DNA from: Eledone cirrhosa
Lineage: Eukaryota
Length of the DNA: 64,000 nucleotides
Direction: 5' to 3'
Assembly (NCBI GenBank): GCA_964016885.1
Contig: OZ024741.1
Location: 342,550,001-342,614,000 of the forward strand
Positions 14,265-26,938 of this stretch are shown here, piece by piece. The notes beneath the pieces were generated by a model. The model saw only the letters and a program-made list of their open reading frames with translations, did not search any database and was not told the DNA's origin. The position numbers and the translations under genes are program-made. The number at the start of each line of letters is the position of its first letter. The stretch's first letter is position 1.

Positions 14265-14555
14265 AATTCTCAGGAAAATGGAAAACCAGGGATATGGAAG
14301 CTGTTAAAATAGCAAAATACTGTCGAAGCGGCGGTTGGGTAAAATATTACCTCGAAGGACAGAGATCAGCGGCTCGTTCTCATTCATCCATTCTATTCCC
14401 TCCTTCCTATCTTCTGTTCTTTCCTTCGAGTCAACTCACATTGAGCCGCTGATCTCTGTCCTTCGAGGGAATATTTTACCCAACCGCCGCTTCGACAGTA
14501 TTTTGCTGTTTTAGCATCTTCCATACGCCGAGTTTTTCCATTTTCCAGAGAATAT
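14265..14555. repeat. Inverted repeat, ~110-bp arms, ~65-bp spacer
   Basis: AATACTGTCGAAGCGGCGGTTGGGTAAAATATT...GAAGGACAGAGATCAGCGGCTC and its reverse complement at 14443-14555. Confidence 0.85.
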
Positions 14556-14566
14556 ATACATACATG

Positions 14567-14638
<72 letters not shown>

Positions 14639-14781
14639 CAATACTTGACTGGTACTCATTCCATCAAACCAAGCGGGATTTAAGTGAAAATCTATATATA
14701 TGATTTGTGGTCTTCCCGGTTCTGTCTCAGCCCCACAGGCCCCCCTCTGTCTCCCTCTCCCCCTCCGTCTCTCTCCATATG

Positions 14782-14868
<87 letters not shown>

Positions 14869-15841
14869 GCAGTCTACCAATACTTGACTGGTACATATTC
14901 CATGAAACCAAGCTGGATTTACGGGAAAATACAAGACATTGCCATTAAAAAGCTGCAAGATACTAGTTATATGTAATTACACGATGTTCGCTTTGAAAAA
15001 AACAAAAAACCACAAAAACAAAAACAAAAACACCAATAACAAAAAACAAAAAATACTGTATACTTGCTTTAGGAAATACAGAAAAGCGATGGAAAATATA
15101 AAATAGCGATGGAAAAGTACATACTAGCCATGGAAAATTACTAGATGTTAGCAATAAGAAAACAAACGCAAAAATAAACGTGAGCAAAGGCAGTTCTGAA
15201 GACACACACAAAGATAAAATAGTGATAAATGTATAACATACTAGCAGGGGAAAAATACGAGATGTATTTAGGAAGTAAGAGTGGTAACATTCCGGTTAAA
15301 ACTATCATCAAATCCACACAAAACTGATAAGATAATTTTCTTCAGTGATATCGAAGATCATTAATAAATAGAAAGGGATACTATCTATCCGATATGAATA
15401 TCATATTAAAAAGTCAGCGAATAGGAAAATGTTTATGGTCAACTGATCCAAGACCTCTAGCACTTTTATCCTTATTATAGGTTTAAGTCATCATGCATAA
15501 TCCTTAGTATATTTAGTAATGTTATTTAATGTTTAAACAGTAACCTTTAGATGGATGAAGTCTAGAAAGTAGAAAAAGCAATATGAGTTATTAGAATTTC
15601 TCACTAATATATTCATGGAAAGATTTGAATTCAACTCTGCGAGTGAAGGAGAAAATATACACGACTTACACAATATCGTTGCTGCTTACTGCTTAGCTGA
15701 CGGCCTACAATAATTAAGTTTGCCGAGCTCTGACATAGCATCGATGATAGGATACAAATACACGATATGTAGTTGACAGGTCAACTACATATCGTTTTGG
15801 CCAGCTACGGCGTTGTTGACCGAATACCACTTATACAGCAA

Positions 15842-15892
<51 letters not shown>

Positions 15893-16044
15893 AAGCGCTC
15901 AGCCATCCATCCATAAATCTAGCCATTTATCCTTCAATCCACATACCAATACATGCATACATACATACATACATACATACATACATACATACATACATAC
16001 ATACATACATACATACATACATACATACATACATACATACATAC

Positions 16045-16646
16045 TTGCGAAAGAATGTCATCTCGCTACTACATCCACATGAGACACGATGGGATAGCTA
16101 GAACCATCTGGAACGCACTTCGGAAAACAAAATTAACAACAAACGAGGAAGAATATATTGAGACAGATGGCACTAAGGAATACTGGTAGAACCTGAAAAT
16201 AAAAACTGCCACCAAATTAAAGCACAACCGGCCTGATATTGTTGTTTGGGACCACACATTGAAAACGTGTTCTGTTGTGGAGATCATCTGCCCACTTGGT
16301 GTAAACGTTGTCAGAAAAATACAGGAGAAGGAGGACATCTACGGACAATTGATGAGGAGTTTACAAATCCAGTATCCAAGATACACCTTTAGCTTCATAC
16401 CATCATTATTGGAGCTACGGGTTATATACCAACCCGCATGGACCAATGTATAACTGAACTTGGATTTGCGGACAAAGAGCGCAGCTCCCTAATTCATAGT
16501 CTACAAATGGCTGCGATAGCTGGCACCTTCAAAATTTGCAAAACATTCTTGCGATTCAAGGGATGACAATTTCTTTTCTTTTACAACCTTGCCACCAGGA
16601 AGGTGCCCGGTCAAAAATATACTCGAAATTAAGAGAAAGAGAGAAC
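16045..16646 (+). mobile_element. 5'-truncated R4/Dong-type LINE (RLE domain + 3' UTR) in (CATA)n
   Basis: MSSRYY..RHDGIAR, KHNRPDIVVWD..CSVVEI.CP (PD-D/E-type restriction-like endonuclease); (CATA)n on both sides. Confidence 0.85.
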
Positions 16647-16843
16647 ATACATACATACATTCATACATACATACATACATACATACATACATACATACAT
16701 ACATACATACATACATACATACATACATTCACACATACATACATACATTGATACATACATACATACATACATACATACATACATACATACATACATGCAT
16801 GCGTGCATACATGCATAAATACATACATATATATATACATACA

Positions 16844-16877
<34 letters not shown>

Positions 16878-17059
16878 CACACACCAATACATACATGCAT
16901 ACATTCATACGTACATACATAATGCACACACGCACATACATAAATATATGCATACATACATACATATATGCATACATACATACATGCATACATACATACA
17001 CACATATATACATACATAGATACATTGATACATACATTCATACACACATACATACATAA

Positions 17060-17670
17060 TTGATGGTGGCTGCCAACTCGTTTTCGAGTACGGCCACTAC
17101 TTTATAACCATGTAGGAGAACCCCTACCGATACGCTGAACGAGTGTGACTTTTTAGTCCAGCCAGCAACTTGAAAACTCTGGTACAAACACTACACTTGT
17201 GACAATTATTGACACATAGTGCTGGGCCCATGGTACCATGTAATGACAAGTGCAGAGAGATCTCCAGATACAAAGCAATGCCTGTGCCGTGAAGCTTTTA
17301 TAGTGAGCAAAGGCACTGCACAAAGCCAGTCCCACTCTCTTAACCAAGATGATATTTACCAAAAAGAAGAACAAGTCAACATCATTGGATACCATCAGGG
17401 TTGCAGGTGTTATATCAGAGTTTTCCTTCTCCTAGAATTCTGCCTTGACAAAGGCTAAGGGGTCATCTCTCCCGGTGATTTTGGATGGCCATTGACTCTT
17501 AAGAGCTCCTTTGCCCTTTGACAGGTTTTGTTTTTAGTCCTGCAGGATGTCCAAAGTCACCCTCCTCACCAAGAAACCTTAGTGGGGTTGCCAGTTTAGT
17601 CGCCAACGACCCGACCATGAGACAGGTTGTACTGGGATACATGTTACCAGTAGCACCAAGTGGTGACCTG
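17060..17670 (-). mobile_element. Probable LINE 5'-UTR remnant
   Basis: Non-coding, higher complexity; GTGAAGCTTTTATAGTGAGCAAAGGC recurs inverted at about 23715-23741; family not established. Confidence 0.35.
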
Positions 17671-17869
17671 ACATAACATAATTGATACATACATTCATAC
17701 ACACATACATACATACTTACATACATACATGCATACATACACACATACACACATACATACATAAATACATGCATACATGCATACATACATATATACTTAA
17801 ATGCATACATACATACATGTATACATACATACATACCCAAATACATACTAGACAGTCAACGCGATCAGT

Positions 17870-20800
17870 CGCATATTTTGGCGTGGGAGACTATTTATTA
17901 AATTTAAGATAAATACTATCTCCGACAGTAATGCCACAACTACAGCCAGGTTGAATAATTGGTTATTCTTCTAACTATCCCTTCTGAAGACATCTTTTAT
18001 TCGAATTCGTAGAGATATCCGCCTAAATACATAATTCATTTTACAAGGATTTGCTACAAGCAGCATGGCTGAACACAACATCAACAAAAAAATTAAGGAA
18101 GTACCGAAGACAAATAACAAGGAAGGTAATCAAACTTTATATAGTTGTAGCTACAGAAGAAACCGAAATTATAAATCGCATTTCTCTTGGAGTTGCGAAC
18201 TTAATAATGATTTATTTAATTGTTATAAAGTGGCAAAAAACAATCCCTCCATTGGCTATATGAATAGAATGAAGCTACACTGGGACGAAATGCACCCAGA
18301 GCTAAATTATTTCACAGCGAAATAATTACGCCAACAAGCGACGTTTGTTGAACGCAAAAATAAGATAAATATTATTAATTGTAAGTCCCCAACAACAAAC
18401 ATGTTATCAACAACACGTGCTACAGGTTGCCATGCTACTAGACTTCCTAGCAGCCAGGTCGAACAGCGTCTTGAAACAACTATGCAAGTAAGAAACTTGA
18501 CACCACCTGTACCATTTAAGTCTACCTCGAATGCTGGGGAAAACACTATCGATAATAATAAAAATCGAATAAATGTGACACCACGTGTACCATCCGAGTC
18601 TACCTCGACTGTTGTAGCAAATACTATCGACAATGATAATCAAAAGTATAAACAATTGAAAATTTCCCTCAACGAAATCTTCCAGAGAGAAATTAACTCA
18701 TGTATAAATATCTCTCTTGCTGAACGTGTTAAAACGACAATGTTGAATAAAAAAAACCAAATAATGAAATACTACGTGTTATTGACGAAATAGGGGATGA
18801 ATATTTACGACGGATATAAACCCCAACATTTTGGCAAATCAACGCCTGTTTATATGCCCTAGCAACGACAGTGAAGCATTATCTTGGTGATAGCAGAAAT
18901 ATTAACAAGAACAAAACACCACCAAAAATACCATCATATATAACTAAAATAGAAAAGAAGATTGCTGACCTACGAGAAAACATAGGATATGTGACAATGC
19001 TCCTTACATGCAAACAAACACAAAAAACCTCACTCCTCACCAACAAAAAGTGAAAAATAAAATAGAGACGATGTTTGGTAACAGTAGAACCAGAACTCTC
19101 CAATATAAGCTGATCACCCTCAAACAAGAATTGAGAGCTGTTAGCGAAAAACGCCGATACCTGAAGAAGGTAGATGAGAGAAAAGTGCTTAATAAAAGAT
19201 TCAGACGAAACCAAACAACAGTCTATAGAGATATGAAGGGCAAAATAATAAGTGTCACTGAGGCCCCATCCCAGAAAGACATAGATTCCTTTTGGAGAAA
19301 AATATGGGGTGAAAAGAAGAATTTCAACCAAGATGCAGTGTGGCTAAGAGAAATCCAAAAGAACTATTGCTCCTACAATACAACAAAAACATACGAAATA
19401 AGTGAGGGTACCCTTGAGACTGTGATAGGAAAACTCCAAGATAAGAAAACACCAGGAAGAGACATGATTGTCGGCTAATGGTACAAAAAACTGATATTCT
19501 ATCGGAGGTATCTTACTGACCTCTACCAACAAGTTCTTAAGGGAGATACACTTATACTAGAATGGTTGACATTAGCACAAACATTACTGGTCCCCAAGAA
19601 CAAAGACACCCACTTGGCAAAAAACTACCGACCCATTGCATGCCAGAACCTGATATATAAGATGTATACAGCCTGCCTGAACCTATTCCTCCAAGATCAC
19701 TGTGAAAATAATAACATCTTCACAGATGAACAAGCAGCTAGAAAGAAAAGGGTTTGGGGATGTGCTGAACAACTCCTAATCAACAAAACTGCGATGTCGG
19801 AGGTGCGACAACTTAGGAGGAATATGGCTACAGTCTGGCTGGACTACAGGAAAGCTTTCGATTCTGTTCCCCACTCTTGGATGATAGAGGCCCTCCAACT
19901 TGCTAAAGTCCCAGACATTATTGTGAGCCATAGAGAGGCTGTCTTCTTGGGCTACTATCCTAAGACAGAGAGGGAGGACTCTATTTTCACTGATAAAATA
20001 AAATATTGCAGGGGTATATTTCAGGGGGACAGTCTCTCTGTGATATTATTCATCTTGTCATTAAACCCCTTGTCCTTTCTGTTCAAGAAATGTGAGGGAT
20101 ACATCATTGGCTCACAGGAGGACAGAAATACGAACCTAACCCATAATTTCTTTGTGGACGATCTGAAACTCTATACCAAGAACATGGATGGGATGAAGAA
20201 AAATCTTGACCTGGTTACAACGTTCTCAAAAGATATAGGAATGGAGTTTAGCCAAGATAAATGCTCATACATGACTGTAAAGTGGGGAAAAACAACAACC
20301 CAATCTAGCAACATTGTCATCAATGGCCTAACTGTTTCACCAATATCTGATGAGGACTGCTACAGATACCTGAGGATAGATGAGAACATATTCTATAATG
20401 GTATCTGTAATAAAGAACGCGTAACCAGGGAATACTACACCCGATTAAGAAAGATCTGGTCATCGGAACTCTCTGCGCAAAACAAAACAGTGGCTCACAA
20501 TGTGTTTGCTGTGCCTGTCCTAACACCAACGTTTGGAATACTCAATTGGACGATAGACGAAATCCGAGAAGTTGATGTTGGAACTCGAAAAATACTGAAC
20601 AACACCGGAAACTTCCACATCAACAGTGACATAGACCGCCTTTACTTGAAACGTAAGCAGGGAGGCAGAGGCCTAACATCAGTCCAGACAACATTTGAAT
20701 GTCGCATCATATCTCTCCGACAACATCTACGAACCTCAAAGCGTAGGAACCCGTTTCTCGAGCAAGTCTATCTGCATGAAACAGATAAGATCATGAGAGT

Positions 20801-21935
20801 TGGGAAGGAACTCCTTGAGAGATATTCCCTGTGTGATAATCAAAAACTCACACCCAGGGATGTCGCTCAGCAGTATCGCAGTGAATCCATGGATGAAAAA
20901 CTGCATGCCTATCAGCAAAATATCATGTATGGATATGTTGCCAGGAAGCTCCAGAGTGAGAGTAATATAGATAAGGAAAGTAGTCTATCTTGGACTAACA
21001 ACCGCTTTATTGGCTCCCACTTTGAAGGATACGCTTTTGCAATCCAGGGATAGGAGATTAGCACGAAATACCTGATTCACAAAAGAGATAGGGATGTAGG
21101 CAAAACACCTAGATGTGATAACAAGTGCAGACTCTGCAGAACTAACATCGAGGATATCACCCATGTCATCAGCAGCTGTCCAAAAATGTCATCGCGGTAC
21201 TATCTACCTATGAGGCATGATGCAGTGGCCAAAACACTGTACAATGTAGTTCGTAAAAAAAGATAGCCCGATAATAAACACATTAAAAGCTACAGCAATG
21301 TGGAAGACATCTATGTACATAATATGAAAGAGTACTGGTGGAATGTTCCAGTAAAAACCCCAATAAAATGCAGGCATAACAGACCAGATATTATGATATG
21401 GGACAGAGAGAAGAAAGCATGCACAGTAGTGGAAATTAGCTGTCCAGCAGATGCCAATATAATATCAAAGATTAGTGAAAAGGAGAATATTTATGCAGAA
21501 CTGATGAGAAATCTGCAGATACTCCACCCTGATTACACCTTCAGATTTATGCCTGTGATTATTGGGGCACTGGGATATGTTAGTAACTGCCTCAATACAA
21601 ATCTTGAGAAGCTAGGCTTCACAGGAACAGAACGAACACAACTAGTTAGGAAATTAGAAGTACAATCCATTAATGGAACAGTAAGAATATGTAAAACATT
21701 CCAAAAATTTTGCATCTAATAACTGCATATACACATGTACAGATACAAAGCATATACACATGCACACATACAACTCAAAACATCCATATCCACACATACA
21801 ATAACATCCATAGCTACACATGCATACATACATATCTACCTAGTTGATGTTGTGTAAATTCCAATGAGAGAGTCTTGTGTTTATGTTAGAAACCGACTCT
21901 CTCTATTGGTAAAACTTTGTGAAACCAGAAGAACA
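17870..21935 (+). mobile_element. Near full-length R4/Dong-type RLE non-LTR retrotransposon, pseudogenised, in (CATA)n
   Basis: Single interrupted ORF 18065-21719: KNYRPIAC, WLDYRKAFDSVPHSW, RGIFQGDSLS, FFVDDLKLY, RLYLKRKQGGRGL, CRLC..HVISSC zinc knuckle, RHD, RPDIMIWD..VEISCP; 3' UTR runs into (CATA)n. Confidence 0.92.
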
Positions 21936-22021
21936 TAAATACATGCATACATACATACATACATACATACAGACAGACATGCATACATGCATAAATACAT
22001 ACATATATACATACATACATA

Positions 22022-22490
22022 CATGTGGGGGAACGTGGCCTAGTGGTAAGGGTGTTGGATTTACGATCATTATGCCATAGAGGGCGGTGGATTGGCAGTA
22101 TCGGTAGAGAGTCGGACACCATGCTTTGAAGCATAGAGTTACGTCCCTTTATGATCTGAGTTCAAATCCCGCCGAGGTTAACTTTGCATTTCATCCTTAC
22201 GGGGTTGATAAAATAAAGTACCAGTAATGTACTGGATAATTTGCTGGCCTTGTGCCTAAAATAGAAACAATTATGCCATAGGTTCGATTGTTGAGCAAAA
22301 CACTTCATTACATGTTACTTCAGTATACTCAGCTGAAAATGAGTACCAGCAATAGCTGGTTTAACTCTGCAATGGACTTGCGTCCTGTCCAGTCTTCTTA
22401 TACTCTCAATCGCTTCACGCCATGAAACCGGGATAAACACCGGCCAAATGAGTCTTCTGGCTTGAGACAGACTTTAGACTTTAGACATAC
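22022..22490 (+). mobile_element. CORE-type tRNA SINE interrupted by a nested Meta-like SINE (22081-22269)
   Basis: Head GTGGCCTAGTGGTAAGGGTGTTGG..GGTTCGA is split by the inner SINE; 12-bp TSD ATTATGCCATAG at 22069-22080 and 22270-22281. Confidence 0.85.
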
Positions 22491-22496
22491 ATACAT

Positions 22497-22830
22497 TGAT
22501 GCCAACTGCGAAAAAATGTCGTCTCGTTACTATCTCCCTACGAAACACGACGGGATAGCCAGAACCACCTGGAACGCAGTTAGGAAAACAAAATTAAAAA
22601 CAAATGAGGAGGAATACGTTGAGATAGATGGCACTAAAGAATACTGGTGGAACTTGAAAATGAAAACTGCCACCGAATTAAAGCACAACCGACCTGATAT
22701 TGTTGTTTGGGACCACACATTGAAAACGTGCTCTGTTGTAGAGATCAGCTGCCCACTTGATGTAAACGTTGTCAGAAAATACAAGAGAAGGAAGACATCT
22801 ACGGACCATTGATGAGGAGTTTGCAGATCC
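22497..22830 (+). mobile_element. R4/Dong-type RLE fragment, same family as 16045-16646
   Basis: MSSRYYLPTKHDGIAR..KHNRPDIVVWD..VVEISCP; starts next to CATACATAC. Confidence 0.85.
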
Positions 22831-23435
22831 AGAGAATGTCGATTGTTTGGGAAATATAAACCATATCATTACAAACTACATGAAAATGCTTGCAAGATAT
22901 TATGATTGGCCGCCAGGGCGAGGCACTGGATGGCACGGCATCCCTAATATTCAATGTACGCCTCATGATTAATTTCGAAAATGGTGCGGTTAGAATTACT
23001 GTGAATTAGAGTACCCTCCCAGAATATATACCGAAACCACACCCAACATCAAAACTTGGCCACGGACCAGGTACTACCCGGTCATAATCCATCACATTGA
23101 TACCCAAACGATTTATCTATTGGAATGATTGATCTGATGGGTATACCTGCAAACCAGAAGCAGAATGTTTAGAAAGAAGAAATGTTGGTGGAATATTCCA
23201 ATAAAAACATCAATCCAGTGTGAATACAATAAATCTAACATTGTTCTATAGAACAGGAACAAAAAGCATGCAGTATACCGAGAGTAGACGTAACAGAGAG
23301 CAGTATAGACACACATACATACCTAGGTACATACAGACAACACACTTATATGTATATATGTATATACGTACACACAGACACACACACACACACACACGCA
23401 CCCCCCCCACATATATATATATATATATATATATA

Positions 23436-23570
23436 ACGGAGGAATTGTGGTAAGGAACCAGATGGACCATAACGCACCAGAGTACTCAATACTTAGGGTA
23501 GTAGAGTGGGTAATAGGAGAAAGTGTGACCCCGACGGCAGAGCTCAAGCCGTTTCGACGGCTATTTCTGG
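23436..23570 (-). repeat. Penelope-type terminal-repeat fragment (same family as 3815-4015)
   Basis: Shared CCAGATGGACCATAACGCACCAGAGTACTCAATACTTAGGG; minus strand TAGCCGTC-GAAACGGC TTGAGCTCT GCCGTC is the 3' half of a hammerhead. Confidence 0.55.
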
Positions 23571-24574
23571 ACTAAAGTAAGAGTTTTTTTAGTTTGGTAA
23601 ATAAATAGCCGAAATTTTCAAGGGTACTTCCTTATATGAAAATATTGTAGTTGTCAAGAGGATTGGTCAAAATTTGTAGCGGACACAGAAAAAAAAAATA
23701 TATACATACATGATGGCCTTTGCTCACTATAAAAGCTTCACATACATACATACACATATACATATATACATACATACATACATACATACATACATACATA
23801 CATACACACACACATACATACACACACACATACATACATACATACACACATACATACATACATACATACATACAGACAGACATACATACAAAGGGGTTCT
23901 TTCTAGGTTACACGCTTTGAGTTTAGGAAGATAGGTGGATACCAACACACACATAGATACTTACCTACCTATATATATATATATGTATATATGCACACAC
24001 ACGCACACACACATATACACACACATATATATTTCCGTACCACTATTTGTATAGGAGGACACACGCACACACACACACATACACACACACACACATATAT
24101 ATATATATATCACTATTTAAATATGAGGACACATACACTGATCTCACACGCACACTCACAATGACCAAGGAACTACACACACACACAATAACCCCGCCCC
24201 TCCACACACATTCGGACCACACACACATTGATAACACACACACTAACCATACACACACACACAACACACACAAACCACACAATGACCAGTCTGTAATATT
24301 TTATTGGTATTATCATAGTGACCATTATTCTATTTTCGGTTACGTCAAATAACCTGCTGCTACTGCTGTAGCTACTAATGTTACGCTGGTGGTCGATAAT
24401 CGACCTACCCAAATCACCAGACCTTTTCCCACGATATTCACTCGTTTTCATTGTAATTGTATTGATTGTCTCTCTTTTCTACTCTATTCTATACTATACT
24501 AGCTAACATATTTTCCCTCATGCGCATGCCTGCCACTATGTCGGTTTATATATCTATATATATATATCTATATA

Positions 24575-24639
<65 letters not shown>

Positions 24640-24732
24640 ATATATATATATATACATATGTCTCTATATATATATATATATATACATATATATATACACA
24701 TATATATATATATACATATATATGTGTGAATG

Positions 24733-24769
<37 letters not shown>

Positions 24770-24799
24770 GTATACATACGTGTATATATATATATATAC

Positions 24800-24883
<84 letters not shown>

Positions 24884-24889
24884 TATGTA

Positions 24890-25190
24890 TATTCTATGGC
24901 GTAGGACAGGACAAAGGAGAGGCACAAAAACAAATAAAAGAATCCCCAGTCACTGAAGAGGTCACAGAATGTGTGACGAAAGAACTTTGACAATATATAA
25001 ACAACCATCTCGCTGTGGAACCAACCAACCAACCGGAAATTTATAAATTCCTAAATTTATAAATTTATTATAATAAATTGAAGTGAAACAACTGGTGCGT
25101 GTGTTTCTAATTGGCAACATGACCCTCCCAAAGTATAACAATATCGGTTTCAACACACGTTTTCAGATAAAGAATCTTGCTAAACAAATA
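24890..25190 (+). mobile_element. Solo PLE 3' terminal repeat (pLTR) next to (TA)n
   Basis: Near-identical copy at 30795-31100; related to the 3' end of the PLE at 38395-41062 (ATGGCGTA.., CTGAnGA..GAAAGAACTTTG, ATGACCCTCCC.AAGTATAACAATAT). Confidence 0.75.
24949..24991 (+). ncRNA. Minimal type-I hammerhead ribozyme
   Basis: GTCA-CTGAAGA-G-GTCAC AGAATGT GTGAC-GAAAG AA CTT/TGAC; stem I GTCA:TGAC. Confidence 0.75.
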
Positions 25191-25613
25191 TATCTGTGTT
25201 TATCTTTCTTTTATATTCAATTACGGCTCGGACAAATCTCTTTCCTAGAGCTATTTTATTGTAAGAGACTATTTTGAGTTGCTAACTCAATATATACCTT
25301 GGATATATATATATCAAAGGTATCAAGAGCACACACTTTGTCCGTTCCCATGTCGATTCAATTTGGATTTCCTTGGAAACATAACCTTATTATGTAAAAA
25401 GCTGTCTGATGATGTCACGGCACTGGGCGCATCGAACCGTGTGGCCACTGTTGTCATTGAAATATGTATCACAGCATTATTATTAAAGATCTGAAATTAC
25501 TTCGCTTTCTTAATCTATCTCTTTCTCTCTCTCTATATATATATATATGAGTGTTAGTTAGGTGTTATGGAAACTTTAGGCGACTGTAGTGTGCAGAGTA
25601 TAAATAGAGTAAA

Positions 25614-25850
25614 TAGAATCGCTGTCAATGCTGCAGCATATGTACAAACTTTATTGGCACATTACAAGTGTTTCGATATCGATCAGCTCAGGGTACAATC
25701 AAAATGACGGAGTCTGACTATTCTTCGACATCTCGTCAAATATGCGAAATATCGAAGTCTTGTCGGATCCCCTCATTTTGATCGATATCGAAACACTTAT
25801 AATGTGCCAATACATTTTGTACATATGCTGCAGCACTGACAGCGATTCTA
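25614..25850. repeat. Inverted repeat, ~72-bp arms, probable fold-back of a hammerhead-bearing pLTR
   Basis: TAGAATCGCTGTCAATGCTGCAGCATATGTAC...TTTCGATATCGATCA and its reverse complement; arms carry GAAAC ACTT (G/A)TA ATGTG. Confidence 0.75.
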
Positions 25851-26179
25851 CCCCCTCTCTCTATATATATTACTCTCTATATACTACTAAAACTCTGTGA
25901 TTGTGAGCTTGTCTGTGATTTAATACAGCTAAAATGGGAACACCAATAGAATAAAACAAAATGGGAACACAAATGGAATAAAACAAGTTTCGCGTAAATC
26001 GGAGCATGGGTTCCCGAGTTGGGTATCTTCATAAATAGAGAGAGAGAAAGATAGAGAAAACGAAGAGAGTAGATTGAAAGAGAGACATAGAAAGAGAAGG
26101 AGAAGGAGAAGGAGAAGGAAATGGAAGAGATAGATAGATAGAGATAGAGATAGATAGATAGAGAAAGATAGAGAGAGAG

Positions 26180-26288
<109 letters not shown>

Positions 26289-26487
26289 GAGTTGATGGTG
26301 TTGTTGAATGAAATTACAACAGGTAACGTCAAAGAATCGAGTACAACATTACTGTTTCTAGCTTATATTTTTGACTGAATATTAATTCGTATGTATTATA
26401 TGACTTGTGTTAGGACAGGATGTGTGTAGCGAATATTTCCTGCTAAATAGGAAGGGTTTCTAAGTTTGTGTGTGTATATATATATAA

Positions 26488-26900
26488 CACAAAGAGAAGT
26501 GTGTTACACAGTGAGATGTGTGTAAAGAATTATTACAAGTGAGTTCGCATTTGCTGACTGAGGATCCTGTGACCTCATATACTTCACATAAGTGGTGAAA
26601 CGAAGCGAGATTCGTATCAGCAAAATATAGTTATAAGGTTCGTAATTTAAAACTCTAATCCAGAGATTTGATTCTGAATTAGTTTTTTTCTATTTAATTG
26701 CTAACCTGTAGATATTGTTCTCTATACAGTAACGGTAAACTCACTTGTAATAATTCTTTACACACATCTCACTGTGTAACACACTTCTCTTTGTGTAATA
26801 TATTTGCATTTGAGCTCAGAAGGAAATTCTCTATTCTTCTTTGAGCTAATACTATTATTATTATTACAGTGAACTGCGGAATACTCTTAATTCCGATCTT
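26488..26900 (+). mobile_element. Solo pLTR with 58-bp 5' inverted copy, between (TA)n tracts
   Basis: 26488-26545 is the reverse complement of 26738-26795; a hammerhead lies between them. Confidence 0.7.
26550..26624 (+). ncRNA. Type-I hammerhead ribozyme with full stem III
   Basis: TTTGCTGA-CTGAGGA-[TCCTGTGA..TCACATAAGTGGT]-GAAACGAA GCGAGA TTCGTA/TCAGCAAA; 8-bp stem I, 5-bp stem III, GUA cleavage triplet; stem II closing pair mismatched. Confidence 0.8.

Positions 26901-26934
<34 letters not shown>

Positions 26935-26938
<4 letters not shown>

Noticed and set aside
17560-17670. HDV-like ribozyme at a LINE 5' end (minus strand CCAGT...CTAA-ACTGG)
   Set aside because: P2 and P4-like parts visible but P1, P3 and L3 could not be built by eye
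22025-22290. tRNA genes suggested by A/B boxes
   Set aside because: SINE heads; no complete cloverleaf, and each is followed by a SINE body
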